Made by a program: the position numbers and the translations under genes. From NCBI RefSeq assembly GCF_037042905.1, contig NC_087245.1, forward strand, positions 13,208,001 through 13,268,000: 60,000 bases of DNA, given 5' to 3'. The notes under the pieces were generated by a model. It was not told where the DNA came from. It made no database searches and saw only the letters and a program-made list of their open reading frames with translations. Of this stretch, positions 1 to 12,500 are shown one piece after another. Positions within the stretch are counted from its first letter, which is position 1, and each line of letters begins with the position of its first letter. This stretch comes from Lytechinus pictus. Its lineage: Eukaryota.

Positions 1-255
1 TGTGTCACGATAGACCTTCATCCATATAATCGAGGTAGGCCTAAGTGCATAATATTTTTCCCCTTTCTTTTGGGGTGCTATTGCGACCCCATTCTACCCC
101 TGCCTAATATTACACGGACGAGTCCTAGGCTTCGGCCCGTGAAGTGTTACACGGAGCTGAGCCTAGGCCCTAGTCTAGAGATACGCATGGGACTGTGCCT
201 AGCGAGCTATCTAAACAAGATATTTTACATTGACTGGAACTACTGATTGTACTTC

Positions 256-565
256 TAATAATAATAATAATTGGCATTTATATAGGCATTATAGCGCTTT
301 ATCAATCTACGACTTTTCAAAGCGCTTCACAATTATTATTACCCGGTCACTGGATTTATAGCATTCCAAGCAGCCTGTTAGGCGCAAATTTGTTAAACCA
401 ACCACAATGACGGTTGTTTCCTACCGGTACCCAATTAGCACCTGGGTGAGAGTGGCAAAGTGTGGATTGACGCCTTGCCAAAGGGCGCTAGGCCATGGTG
501 GGATTCGAACACACGACCCTCTGATTACAAGGGGAGAGTCGGAACCGCTACACCACAGCGCTTCC
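256..565 (-). mobile_element. tRNA-derived SINE
   Basis: Minus strand starts ggaagcgctgtggtgtagcgg (A box) ... gtgttcgaatccc (B box), has a cccaggtg..aattgggta core and an (att)n tail. Confidence 0.8.
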
Positions 566-1106
566 ACGGCGCTAACAAAAATTTTATTGAATTACATAGA
601 ATCTACCTTTGTATACCTAAGGCTAATGTGTATAAAGGTATGACCATTTCACAAAAAGAATAGAAAAATTAGAAGTTTCTTACCAGTAATCTATTCGTAA
701 ACACTGCAAATACATTAGGCTTGACCCTTCTTTAACTGCTTCGATATGATGTACCGTATCGTCGATGAGCTATGTTAAGAAGTGCCATTTTGAAGAACTT
801 TTTATAGATTAAAATTAGACCTATTATTTATTAAATAATAACATTGAATATTGATTGTAAATAATTATTATAAGAATAATAATTATTTACAATCAAAATT
901 CAAATTTCATTATTTGTTGAATGATAATTTTTTATCTATAAAGTGTTTTTCAAAACGGTATTTCGTAAGCTCACAGTACAGGGATTGAGAGGTTGTGCAT
1001 GATTCCTCTTATCTGCATGTACACTGAAGCAATAACATGTACTAATAATTTAATCATATTATTCAACATATTGTGATAGAATTTCTTTTTACATTTCAGA
1101 TCAACA

Positions 1107-4100
1107 ATGGATTTTCTCAGTGGAAATCGTAAAATTGAATGGAATGCTCTGTTCCAGTTTTCACAGCTGTAAGTATGACAATGTAGATAGCCAAGCAGTG
1201 TTTCTATTTTATCTTCAATGTTTTCTTTTCCTGAATAGAACTTAAATATCTGAAAATATGCTTTACAGCACTAAGCTATGGAGTAAATTTTTAGGGGGGG
1301 TTGGTTGAATTTATAAAGTGCATTTTTATTTTGCAAATTTTTGAATGACTGAGCATGTAATTGGATGTGTTTCATGGAGTGCTATCTGTCCAATATTCTA
1401 TAAAGTAATTTTGCTCTCCACGATCTCCCTCAAGCTACTCATCCAATGAATCCTCCGCTCCTCCTACCCTCCCCGTTCGTTATTCCTGTTGGTCTATTAG
1501 ACACCTAAGAATCAAACTTGAATATCCTAATTCATATTCAATTTATAAACACCCCCCCAAAAAAAAATAAATCATAAATAAAAAATAGAAAAACTAATGA
1601 TAATAAAAAATGAAAAATTTAAAAAATGAATAAAAATAGGTAATGTATGGTTGACCTCATTCTCTATTTTTTTAAATATTTATCCAGGACAAAAGATTGT
1701 CAGTCTCACTTGAAGAGAGTCTACTCCTGTTTGGCAATGTGCATGATGGCTGCAGCTGTAGGAAGCTATGTCAACGCTGTGCTTCATATTCTTCAGGTAG
1801 TCATATGTACATTATATAGTACCCTCAAGGGGGAACTCTTGCTGTGGAAAAGGGCAAATACCAGTTACCTGTGGTCTAATTAGCAAAATATCTGACATCA
1901 CAAGACCTGCTTCATCTACTCTCATTGTGTTTTCTTTATTGCTGTTTGGTCTAGTTGTTATTTTGTTAAATAATCAAGTGGTTCAGGATTCTCCTTTCCC
2001 AGTTTTATTATATTACCAGTGCATATGATGATGTAGACTATGAATTGAATTGATATTATTTTTTTCATGGACATGGCCTGTAAAATGAAAGTCAAACAAA
2101 ATGAGATATGTGTAAGGTCTCAAATTTTTATATCCATATGACAAGACCACTTTTTAAGGCACAGTTTTACAACATATTAGTAAATGGGCAGAAATGTACA
2201 AGGACAGGAACATTTCCAAAGCCAATGATAGAGGCATTGAGGCCCATCAACAGGACATCCAGTGCCATGGCCTTGATGGTCTTATTTGAAATTAAGCCTT
2301 TCGTTGTGTAATGTTTTGACAAAAAGTTTAGCAGACAATCTTGTAAACAAATTTATACAATTTGCCTAAATGGGCATTGAACAATATTATACCAAGTGGT
2401 AATAACCGGTAACTGAATTTTTTTTTTTTATGCCCACAGGGTCAGTTCCTGACAACTATCGCAACTTTGGGCCTCTTCTTCTGGCTTCGTAGCATTCCAC
2501 AGACAGTAGAGAACCAGGGCAAGAGACTCTCCATTCTCCTGGGATTTGCCTTCTGTGTTGGTAAGTAGATAGATGTAATAAGACACAGGGTTCTCAGCCC
2601 ATCAGGGAAATCAGGGAATTTTAAAAACCTTTTTTCCAGTCAGGGAAAAATCTGAATTTTTTGATGAAAAATACCTCAAATCAGGGAAAAATGCCTCAAA
2701 TGAGGGAAAAATCAGGGAATTTTGTTCGGTCCAAAACTTGAAAGCATGGTAGTCAGTCAGACTCTGTTATATTTTGTTGCATATCAAAACAACATCCATT
2801 GAATGAATGTTTATGGTGGGTTTTTTAGTGTTTTTTTTTACATAATTCAATGCAACAACTTAGAAAATATGCAAAATAATAGCAAATATGGGAATGGGTT
2901 TAAATAATTATCAGGAATTTTTTAACTTCATCAGGGAAAAATTAGGGAATTTTATTTTCTTGAAAAGCTGGGAACCCTGAGACAACTCCATATAAAGTAT
3001 TTACGTCTAATGTTCTTATACCCTTGACCTACCTGAAATGATTTATCTTTGTTTCCTTGTTCAGATTAAAAGTTGTAACTACCTCTCATAATTACCATGA
3101 CTTGATCAGTTTGTGATTGAGGAAATGGGGTAATTGTCCTGCTGCGGACATTATTGAAACTTCAATCAACAAGTAGGTCTTGAGGTAAATTGAGCACCAT
3201 GATGGCCTTTACAGTATACACAGTTCTATTCAGCCCCAGACAGGCTTAATTAAAATTCAGTCTTGGTATTCTTCAGGAAGGCGTTATCTAATCATATTCC
3301 TCTATCATTCATAACCACAGTCTAATCATTTTCCACTCCTTTCCCCAGTCGTAAATGGGTGCTCACTAGGATGCAAAGTAATAATAGTATGATACTGTAA
3401 ATAAATTCTGTTTCAAAGATGCTTTTCAAGTACCTAAATGCTCAAGGCGCATGAAACTTAATGCGAAACATTTACTTAGGAATGTGAGCACTGTGGTATC
3501 TTTGCTTAAATAATAGTGTGAGAAAGTGCAAGTGGCTAATTTGATAGAAAAAAATACCATGTTATAATACTGCAAGCAGTATAGTGTTATTGATGGTGTT
3601 TTGTGGTATCAATCATTATTTCTTTCAGGTGTCAGCACTGGACCCCTGCTCACAGTTGTTGCAGAAATTGATCCATCGTAAGTCAAACCTTTGTTACCTT
3701 TAAGAGGAATCCCAAGTTTGACAATAAAATAATATGTACAGTATGAAAGGAGAAAAGTAAAAACATAATGGCAAGGGATTGAAGAAATCTGACATGGAAT
3801 AAGAAAGTTATAGTTGATTGACAAAAAATGAGATTAGACTTAGGGACTGCTCTCTCTTTGGTCTTGTATGTAACCTTCAAGAATTGTGTCACAATTGCAA
3901 ATTTTGTTCAGTGGAGGGGGGGGGGGTAACATTGACTTCCTCCTTGGTGTGTTTGAGGTTCATGCTTATTGAATTACTCGGCTCAAAATCAGCTTATAAA
4001 CTCCTTGTTTATCCTTCCTTCCTCACTCTTCCACTCCCCATCTCCTCTCTCATCCCCCCTTCCCCCGTTGCCCCTCCTTCCTTTGCCTTTCTTTATTCAA

Positions 4101-7100
4101 TTTCCAATTCAGCAAGCTTGCTCTGATTAATATCATCTAAATGAATACCAATGTTGTCATTTGATAGGATCATCACAACAGCATTCATGGCTACCACTGT
4201 AGTCTTTGTGTGCTTCAGTCTGGCTGCCTTGATGTCACAGCAGAGAACTATGCTCTTCTTGGCAGGTAAGCTCATTGATGAATTGTCACTTGGTCAACAC
4301 CCACTTTGCCTACTTTTCATTTGGTCTAATTTTTGTCTCACCTGCATAGCAGAGTGTGACTATAGGCGCCGCTTTTCCGGCGGCGGCGTCAACATCAAAT
4401 CTTAACCTAAGATTAAGTTTTTGAAATGACATCATAACTTAAAAAGTATATGGGCCTAGTTCATGAAACTTGGACATAAGGGTAATGAAGTGTTACTGGA
4501 CATCCTGCCTGAGTTTTAGGTCACATGACCAAGGTCAAAGGTCATTTAGGGTCAATGAACTTAGCCTATGTTGGGGAACTAATATTGAAATCTTAACCTT
4601 AGGTTAAGTTTTTGAAATGTCATCATAACTTAAAAAGTATATGGGCCTAGTTCATGAAACTTGGGACATAAGGGTAATGAAGTGTTGCTGGACATCCTGC
4701 CTGAGTTTTAGGTCACATGACCAAGGTCAAAGGTCATTTAGGGTCAATGAACTTTGGCCGAATGGGGGTATCTGTTGAATTACCATCATAACTTTGAAAG
4801 TTTATGGATCTGATTCATGAAACTTGGACATAATAGTAATCAAGTATCACTGAACATCCTGTGCAAGTTTCAGGTCACATGATTAAGGTAAAAGGTCATT
4901 TAGGGTCTATGAACTTTGGCCAAATTGGGGGTATTTGTTGAATTACCATCATAACTTTGAAAGTATATTGGTCTAGTTCATAAAACTTGGACATAAGAGT
5001 AATCAAGTATCACTGTACATCCTGTGCACATTTCAGGTCACATGACCAAGGTCAAAGGTCAATGAACTTTGGCCATAATGGGGGTATCTGTTGACTTACC
5101 ATCATAACTTTGAAAGTTTATGGATCTGACTCATGAAACTTGGACATAAGAGTAATCAAGTATCACTGAACATCCTGTGCGAGTTTTAGGTCACATGTTC
5201 AAGGTCAAAGGTCATGTAAGGTCAATGAACTTTGGCCATGTTGGGGGTATTTGTTGAATTACCATCATATCTCTGTAAGTGTATTGGTCTAGTTCATAAA
5301 ACGTGGACATAAGAGTAACCAAGTATCACTGAACATCTTGTGCGAGTTATAGTAGTTTTCAAAGTCAGCACTGCTGCTATATTGAATCGCGTGATGCAGG
5401 TGAGACCGCCAGAGGCATTCCACTTGTCATGTATATGTTGCCGATTCACCAAGTTGTCTAATTTTAGGTAGCCTAAATCTATTTCGTCTAATATCCATTT
5501 GATCTAACACCACCTCGCTCTAAATGATTTGACAGTAGTTATAAACCACATTCTCTAAGTGCAAAATAATGCGTTAACAATTGGTAGACCATCTTGGCAT
5601 TAGTCTGATAGTGAGTATTATACAAAATGGTTGTTGGACCAATCAGTAATTAGAACAAATTGATAGGGAACCAAGTGGGTTTGACATAATGGATTTAGAT
5701 AATCGTAGAATATGCTGATCAGTTGTATAGAAAATGGATACAAACGAGCCGATCAACAGACAAAATCATTGAGATATATATAGGCAGTGACAGATTCATT
5801 TCTATGGTAAAGTTTACTGCACAGTCCTCTGGGATTTTTTTCTTTTGGAGCAAAATAACATATTTTCCACAAGAAATGTTGAGAGATTTGTTTTAAAGAG
5901 AGGACTTGAAGAAAATGTTTCTGAGTGGGATACCTGTTTAAAGATCTTGCCAAAAGTATTTTTGGATTTGATTTTGTCATGCCTTTAGAAGATATTCATG
6001 TTGATTATTTTATGTGTTTTCTCTTTTTATTGTTAAGGACCTTTGATGTCAGGTCTGTCTATGATGATGATCATGTCTCTTGTCAACATCTTCTTCAGGT
6101 CTGCCATGGTGTTTCAGGTTAGTAATAGAAGAATTACGCCTCTTTATTCTTACTCTGCTAGGAGGATTGCTTGTTCAAAGGTTCTAACAAATCATTACCA
6201 TAAATTACCTTTCAAATGCCTCCAGTTCTTAAATAGTCACTTATGTAAAAGAATGATGTTCTGTTTAAAGTGAAAGAGAGTTATATAAGAAAATTACTTT
6301 GAAACACAACTTCTGTGTTGCCCCCTATTTTTATTTCTCATTTGATAGTTATTGTTTTATGTCAAAGGAAGATACTAGATCCTTTGCCAAACTGGCAGTT
6401 TTCTCAGAAAATTCTGCTGGAAGCATGTAAAGAATGAATGTAAAGAATGATACAGGAGTTCGATCCTATAAATTGTCAGTGATGTAATGTTCTATATAAA
6501 ATTGTAACCTCTTTGGTACATACATACATATACATGAAATCCCTGTAAAAGTTAATACAATCACTTTTCAGTGAGATTTTCATTATTTTTACATGTATCT
6601 GCTAATAGTGGTATTGTTAAAACAAAATCCATTCTTAAATACCAAAAAAGTTACTATGATACATGTACATCTACATAGACATTTTCAAATCCCTTTTCCC
6701 CTTCTTTTGAGGTAATTGGTAAAGTCTGACATGTTTTACTATCATGCCCAGGTTTTTTTTCTGTCCATTGAACTTGAAAATATAAAATACATGTATTGGA
6801 AGTTCGTAAATGTTAAATATTAAGAACAGTACTTTAGGAAATTATATTTGTATATATTCTAAGTGATATTACTGTGATATAAAATCTATCTTGCCATAAA
6901 ACAATTGTGATTGCTGTGTTATCTGTGTAGTTTGGCCTGTATATTGGAGTGGTAATCTTCAGTGGATTCATCCTCTTTGACACCCAACTCATTGTTGAGA
7001 AACACCTCCGAGGTGATAGAGACTTCATCATGTAAGTATCACAGGAATCCTCTTTTTGACCCCCTTATGAGTAACAAATATGTGGGTGCCCCCTTTCTAG

Positions 7101-9500
7101 GTGGGTTTTCAAGCTATAGCCTAATCACACCAGTTGTCAGTGAATCTTGCCCTTCATGATTTTGGCACATGAAATCAGAGAAGGCCAAATCTAGGATAAG
7201 ACTATGAGCATTGGCTAGAAGAACCCTTGAATCAACATGGCAAATGTAGTAACAGAGTACAATGCTACATGCAGCTTGTGCACAGAAAATTATGCGCCTG
7301 AAGGCGACCGCACACCTTACGATTGGTCTGCGACCAGATTTCAGAATAAAATGTAGTAGAATCTGATGCTAATATTGAGACTTGGAATATCCTACTATGT
7401 AATGTTCTAAATCATCTTACGAATACCTATGTTCAAATCTGCGAATTAAATATTTAGTCGTAATGACATCATAGCAGTCGTACGATTGGCTATGATTTGA
7501 AACTAATTTGGCCTTTACTCCAAAATAAAGGCTTGCAATCTTTCAAAATGGTTATATTAGTATTCTTTCAATTAATTTTAACCTCAAATAAAATGATATG
7601 TTCCATTCACATTTTTAGAAAATGAGCAAAATGCAATTTGTTCTAAAATCGGATCGCCAACAGTCGGAAGGTGTGCGGTGGCCTTAAGGTTTTGATATTT
7701 TACACATAAAAATTGGGTGAAGATATTGGTAGTATTGATCGATATCTATCAATTTGTATTTAGCGGGTCACCCAAATTGCTTTACAATGAGGATCATGCA
7801 ATCATCCAGTGATTCGTAGCAATCACCATAGAGGTCCACTGGCACACCTCAATTTCAGCACTTGTATTGGTAAGAGTGGTCTCTTGAAGCATACCAACAG
7901 ACCATTTGAAGAGACAAATAGTGATTTTCACCGACTATATGCCATAAGTTACTGAAATCCTTGCATCTAATAGCCTCAGAGCAATTGACGCATTATTTCC
8001 ATGAAAATGTTACCCAGAAAGGTCAACGGTAAGCCTTATGTAATGGAAAAAAGGGTAATTGAATGTTGTTTGACATTGAATGTTGCTTGAGGCAATATGC
8101 AGAGATGCCAACCGTTACGGATTCGCCGTATTTGTTCCGATTTTATTCCTCCAATTACGGTGTTACGGCAACAATAAAAAGGTTACGGAAAAAACAACTA
8201 CAATACATGTGTATTGTGTATTGCTTTGCTGTGCATGTGTATATATGCGTGTATTGTTTATTGTGCATGTATATGCGTGTATTGTGTATACATGTATCGT
8301 GCATGCAGCGTGTGTGTGGCCAACGGTAAACCAACGGGAGTTTCTCTACTGAGATTTCTATTGCAAGCGCCTCCGCGTGCTGCTGCTGAATACACAGCGA
8401 AGTGCGGAATGCAAGCCGCGGTTCATGCATGCACAATGTCAATGGCGATTAATCATTGGGTGGTTGAGCGTATAAACGATGCTACTTCGCGGGATGTTCC
8501 TGAGAAACTCCCATTTGTTCCTGACAAATATGGTAAATATTCCTGACAACCATCCCTTTAGGTTGGCATCTCTGAATATGCTGTGATATTGCAGTTGATT
8601 AAAATGATGACTTCAGTATCATTGCTGTCCTACTACCGTATAGGCACTAAGTTATCCAATGAAGATATTCTACCAGGAACCCTTAAAATTATTTTACTTG
8701 AATCAAATGTAGTACAATATGGATGAAAGTCGATGTGAGGAAAATTAATGCCTTTGAATTTTACCATTTTTTTCTTTCCGTTCAGGCACTCTGTGGATCT
8801 GTTCCTTGACTTTGTCAACCTGTTCCGTCACATCCTGATCCTTTTGGCTCAGAACAATGAGGTTAGTCTACATTAGTATTCCCAAATATATATCTAATAC
8901 AGGAACAGTCTGACCATATTCATCTCTGTTCAGTTTATAATCATTCTCAGTGAACTGGTACCAAATGTTGAAAAAATGTTCTTTCATTTGAAAGAGCACA
9001 TAATTTTTAGCTGAAAATCATCTGCTTAAACTTCCAGAGTAGTCATGTTGCTAAGAAAGAACAAAAATATGGTAAGATTTCAGCTTAGTTTTGGCTCTTG
9101 TGGTGGAGATCAGTTGCAACTCGAGTATGTTGCTAACAACATGTTACCAATTTATAGTAAATTGTAATATTTTGGATAAAATATAGTTCTGGCTATCGTG
9201 TGGTGTTCCCATTTTAAGTAGATTTGATCCTGTGATGTCATTTTGGTGCCTTGTTTTAACATTATTGCAACACTGCAGAAATATGTATTTTGTATTTTGG
9301 TTATAGCTTCAAGTGTGTACATATTATTGATCATAAACATAATTAGAAAATTATGTGTATGTGAATGCTCTTGTTTGTGTCTGTGCACTTGAAGAATTTA
9401 TATTATCATCATCATCATCTGTACCATATTATGTTCTGACCTGTTATTCCACTTGTTATTTGATTTCCAGAACAAGAACCGTCGCAACAGAAAGAAGTAG
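1107..9500 (+). CDS. TMBIM6: Bax inhibitor 1 (TMBIM6/TEGT), 9 coding exons, 241 aa
   Basis: Exons with GT-AG boundaries and consistent phase: 1107-1168, 1688-1796, 2440-2560, 3629-3677, 4168-4265, 6038-6117, 6931-7031, 8786-8861, 9471-9500 (726 nt). Translation MDFLSGNRKIEWNALFQFSQLTKDCQSHLKRVYSCLAMCMMAAAVGSYV...GKRLSILLGFAFCVGVSTGPLL...IDPSIITTAFMATTVVFVCFSLAAL...SGFILFDTQLIVEKHLRGDRDFIMHSVDLFLDFVNLFRHILILLAQNNENKNRRNRKK* matches BI-1 motifs (HLKKVY, FDTQLIIEK, DLFLDF, basic C-tail). Confidence 0.96.
2586..2979. mobile_element. hAT-like MITE with 5-bp TSD (AGACA)
   Basis: TIR cagggttctcagc / gctgggaaccctg, repeated atcagggaa subterminal motifs, AGACA on both flanks. Confidence 0.75.
4331..5427 (+). 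mobile_element. Non-autonomous Helentron/HINE (DINE-1/pearl-like) element with internal 150-190-bp tandem repeats
   Basis: T-rich 5' end, subterminal IR gtctcacctgca ... tgcaggtgagac, short ggc microsatellite, about 6 internal repeats (catcataact...gaaacttggacata...ggtcaaaggtca). A second copy lies at 49522-50795. Confidence 0.75.
7302..7684. mobile_element. Harbinger-like MITE
   Basis: TIR aggcgaccgcacaccttacga / tcggaaggtgtgcggtggcct, flanks tga/taa. Same TIR family as 15329 and 55381 but a different interior. Confidence 0.75.
8100..8574. mobile_element. hAT-like MITE with 6-bp TSD (AATATG)
   Basis: Perfect 14-bp TIR cagagatgccaacc / ggttggcatctctg with AATATG duplicated on both sides. 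Confidence 0.85.
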
Positions 9501-12500
9501 ATTCACCCTTCTCTCCGCTTCAAGCATTATGGAAACATCTGAAATTTTCATTTCAATTTCATGAATTTCAAAAGATAATTAACACATCTAATTTTCATAT
9601 TTTATAATTTTCATAGATTCTATTATTAAAATTTTGATAAGCATTTGTGCATAATGGTCAATGTTGCTGCTGTGACAGACAAAGCAGATGTGGATTATAT
9701 AGTTAACAATCGGGGAGAGTCACAAGCATTTAGATTTATGAGTCAAATATAAATATCAAGAATGAACATTAGTATAGCTCAGTTCTCTTATTTAATTACC
9801 ATTCATTTAATCCAAGGACAATTCAACACTTGTACCTGTTAATATTTGTGTAATGTGGCTACTGTGTTTCTGTGTATGCTATGGTGAAGTTTAAAAAAAA
9901 AATCCATCGACTTTTGGGTTAATACTGATCTTTGGTAGAGAAAGTCATAAGAATTTAAAAATATGGTTACTTTAAACCTCAGATGATGATAGTAATATGT
10001 AGCATACAGCACCATATACATGTATCTCATTGACCGTTTGCCTATTGAAGGGCCCTGTATATAACCCTGACTTCAGATAATACAATGATACAAAAATATT
10101 TAGATATATCCCAGAAACATTATCATTATCATTAAACCTTTTTTTTTCTTTCCACAATGTCTTTATAACACTTGTTAATTTTTCAGATAGGGTTCCTGGT
10201 TCTTTTGATAGAAAAGGATAAGGCATAATATTTCTTGAGAAATCAAAGACGTATGAAGCTTCTGAATTCTTGAAGGAAAAGGAATAAAGTGTCATTGTGT
10301 AGGTGGATATTGTAATTGCATAAAGTATAACCATCTCAGCATTGTTTAAATTATAGTTCTTTAGCATGAGGTTATGTCGGGCTCAAATTTATAAGTAAAC
10401 CTGCACAACATGATTCTCACATGTACAAGTTTCTTTTATGTGAATATGAATATTTTTCACCTCACTATTTGAATGTGATTATTTCTTCATAGGTCAAATG
10501 TATACAAAACGCAAATTGGATATCATTTGTTTGTAAATCATCATGATTAAATATTTCATCTCGTAAATATAGTATATATATTGTAGCTTTATCAGTTCAA
10601 AGGAATGTAAAGGAAAACATCTTATTGAATCACCTAGATATAAGGTAATCTTTATTGACATTTTTTATGTTCAACTTTTAAGTTGTACACAATTTGATTT
10701 ACAACTAAAGAAATCTTGTATCACTTGCATTTAATTATGAAGAATACTCCAGAGTCCACTTATTTAGACACTGTTGTTTGCGATGATACATGTGAATATA
10801 GGTAAATCTACCGAAATCAAATCTCTCTGGACCACGAAAATATTGTTGATATTGAAGTGAATAACACATGCTTGCCTAATCTGGTCTGAAAATTACTTTG
10901 TCTTTGGCGATTATTTTGCTTGTGGAGGGTTGACTTGTGCACACTAACTGTATTATTTGCTCCGGTTAGTTGTTCTGATGGAAAATCTGCATATTGACCT
11001 GACCCCGACCGTTTGTCTTCCAAAAAATAAGCAGAAGATGCCACTGGAGCAAATTTTATGTCACCAGAGCAGATGTTTCACTGATTTAGCCGATTACAGG
11101 TTAACTTGGCTAGTAAGTAGTGCATCAATAAGTCAAATATTTGACCAATTTAAAGCAATTTTTAGACCAGATTATTCAAACATGTTTTGTTATACCTCTA
11201 CTACATGCAAGTCAAATTTCCAGAACATACTGTTGTGGTCCCCAAATATTTGACATTTAGGCAAATTTACCTGTACTGTTGGCACAAGGATTACTTGAGC
11301 ATTGTGTGCAATAGAAAGGAGGTGAGGATGAGCAACGAGAGATTGGTAAAGAAAAAGTGAAATGTGATTGGGAGAAGGGGGTAGGGGTTAAGGAGGATAA
11401 AAAGTGGACCAGATGGAGACATTTCCATTCTGTCTCCCGTTTTCATATTTCTACTCAACCTCTTTCATCTTGATCCCTCTTCTCTTCTATATCATCTCAT
11501 GCTTCCATATCTATATGTGTCTATTTCTCAGTCCCTCCTCCTCCCCCTTTGCCTCTTCGTTCTATTTGCCCACTCCCTCTCTCTTTTGGTCTTCTTTCTT
11601 TCATGTCCCCCCCCCCCTTCTCTCTTATCACCATATACCACTTCCTCTGAAGTATTTACTAGTAATAGAAAATGAAAAAAAAAATCAGTATTCCAGTTTC
11701 ATTTTACTAAAAATTTAATGAAAATGTTGCATGGTATACTTTCTTGATAGGGCAGTGGAACATGGACATAACAATAAGCCCGTTCACGGTTGTAAACTGC
11801 GCATGAGCAGTAAAGGTCATTTGAGATAAACCATGAAGGTGGTTTTCAAATTCACTGACACAGGCATTTGTGAATCAATGATTATTCATGTATTTCTTTT
11901 GATATATTATTTTCATCACATCCAAGCTGAAGAGTATTTGACAGTAGCCCAAACTATAGTCAAATGTGCCAAAAGCAGGTAAACAGACTTCCAAACTTTA
12001 CCCCTGATGTACTATTCTAGTCACCTGGTATATACATTGCCTTTAGTTCTTAGAATTTGAATGCTTTGCAGCGAAAACCTATGCAACATCTTCATTTGAA
12101 AATGTTAGTGCTCATCCTAATGAAAAAACACAAAGGTCATTTGAGGAGATGATCATGAGCTATTAAACGTGAACTGGCTTATATTCAAGTAGAGTTAAAG
12201 GGGGGAAAGTGACACTGATGTCTGTAATAGCTCTATGGCCTGATAAAGGCATGAAAATGATGAAAGAAAGAAACATCAATGATGGTTGGACGAAAACACA
12301 TCAAAGAATTTTTAAGTTTAATTTTTTTTTCAATGCCATATGGGAAGCTCACTCATATTTCATCTAGTAATTCCATACAGTGTCATCTAGAACTGGCAAT
12401 GAGTTTAAATGTGCATTCAATAGATATCAGACATCACCTCAAACGATTCCAGGAAATAAATATATTCAATCATCACAATTGATTAAAAAAATGGCAATTA

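Noticed and set aside
1..34. Possible non-coding first exon of BI-1 (gag|gtaggc)
   Set aside because: Plausible donor near a CpG-richer patch, but truncated by the window edge and unsupported without transcripts.
490..565. tRNA gene
   Set aside because: The tRNA-like head is attached to a SINE body and (att)n tail, and the cloverleaf is degenerate. The same applies to the copies near 21.6, 42.2, 47.5, 53.8 and 57.5 kb.
8063..8546. Overlapping Cys/Val/Tyr-rich ORFs
   Set aside because: Low-complexity (gt/at) interior of the 8100-8574 MITE.
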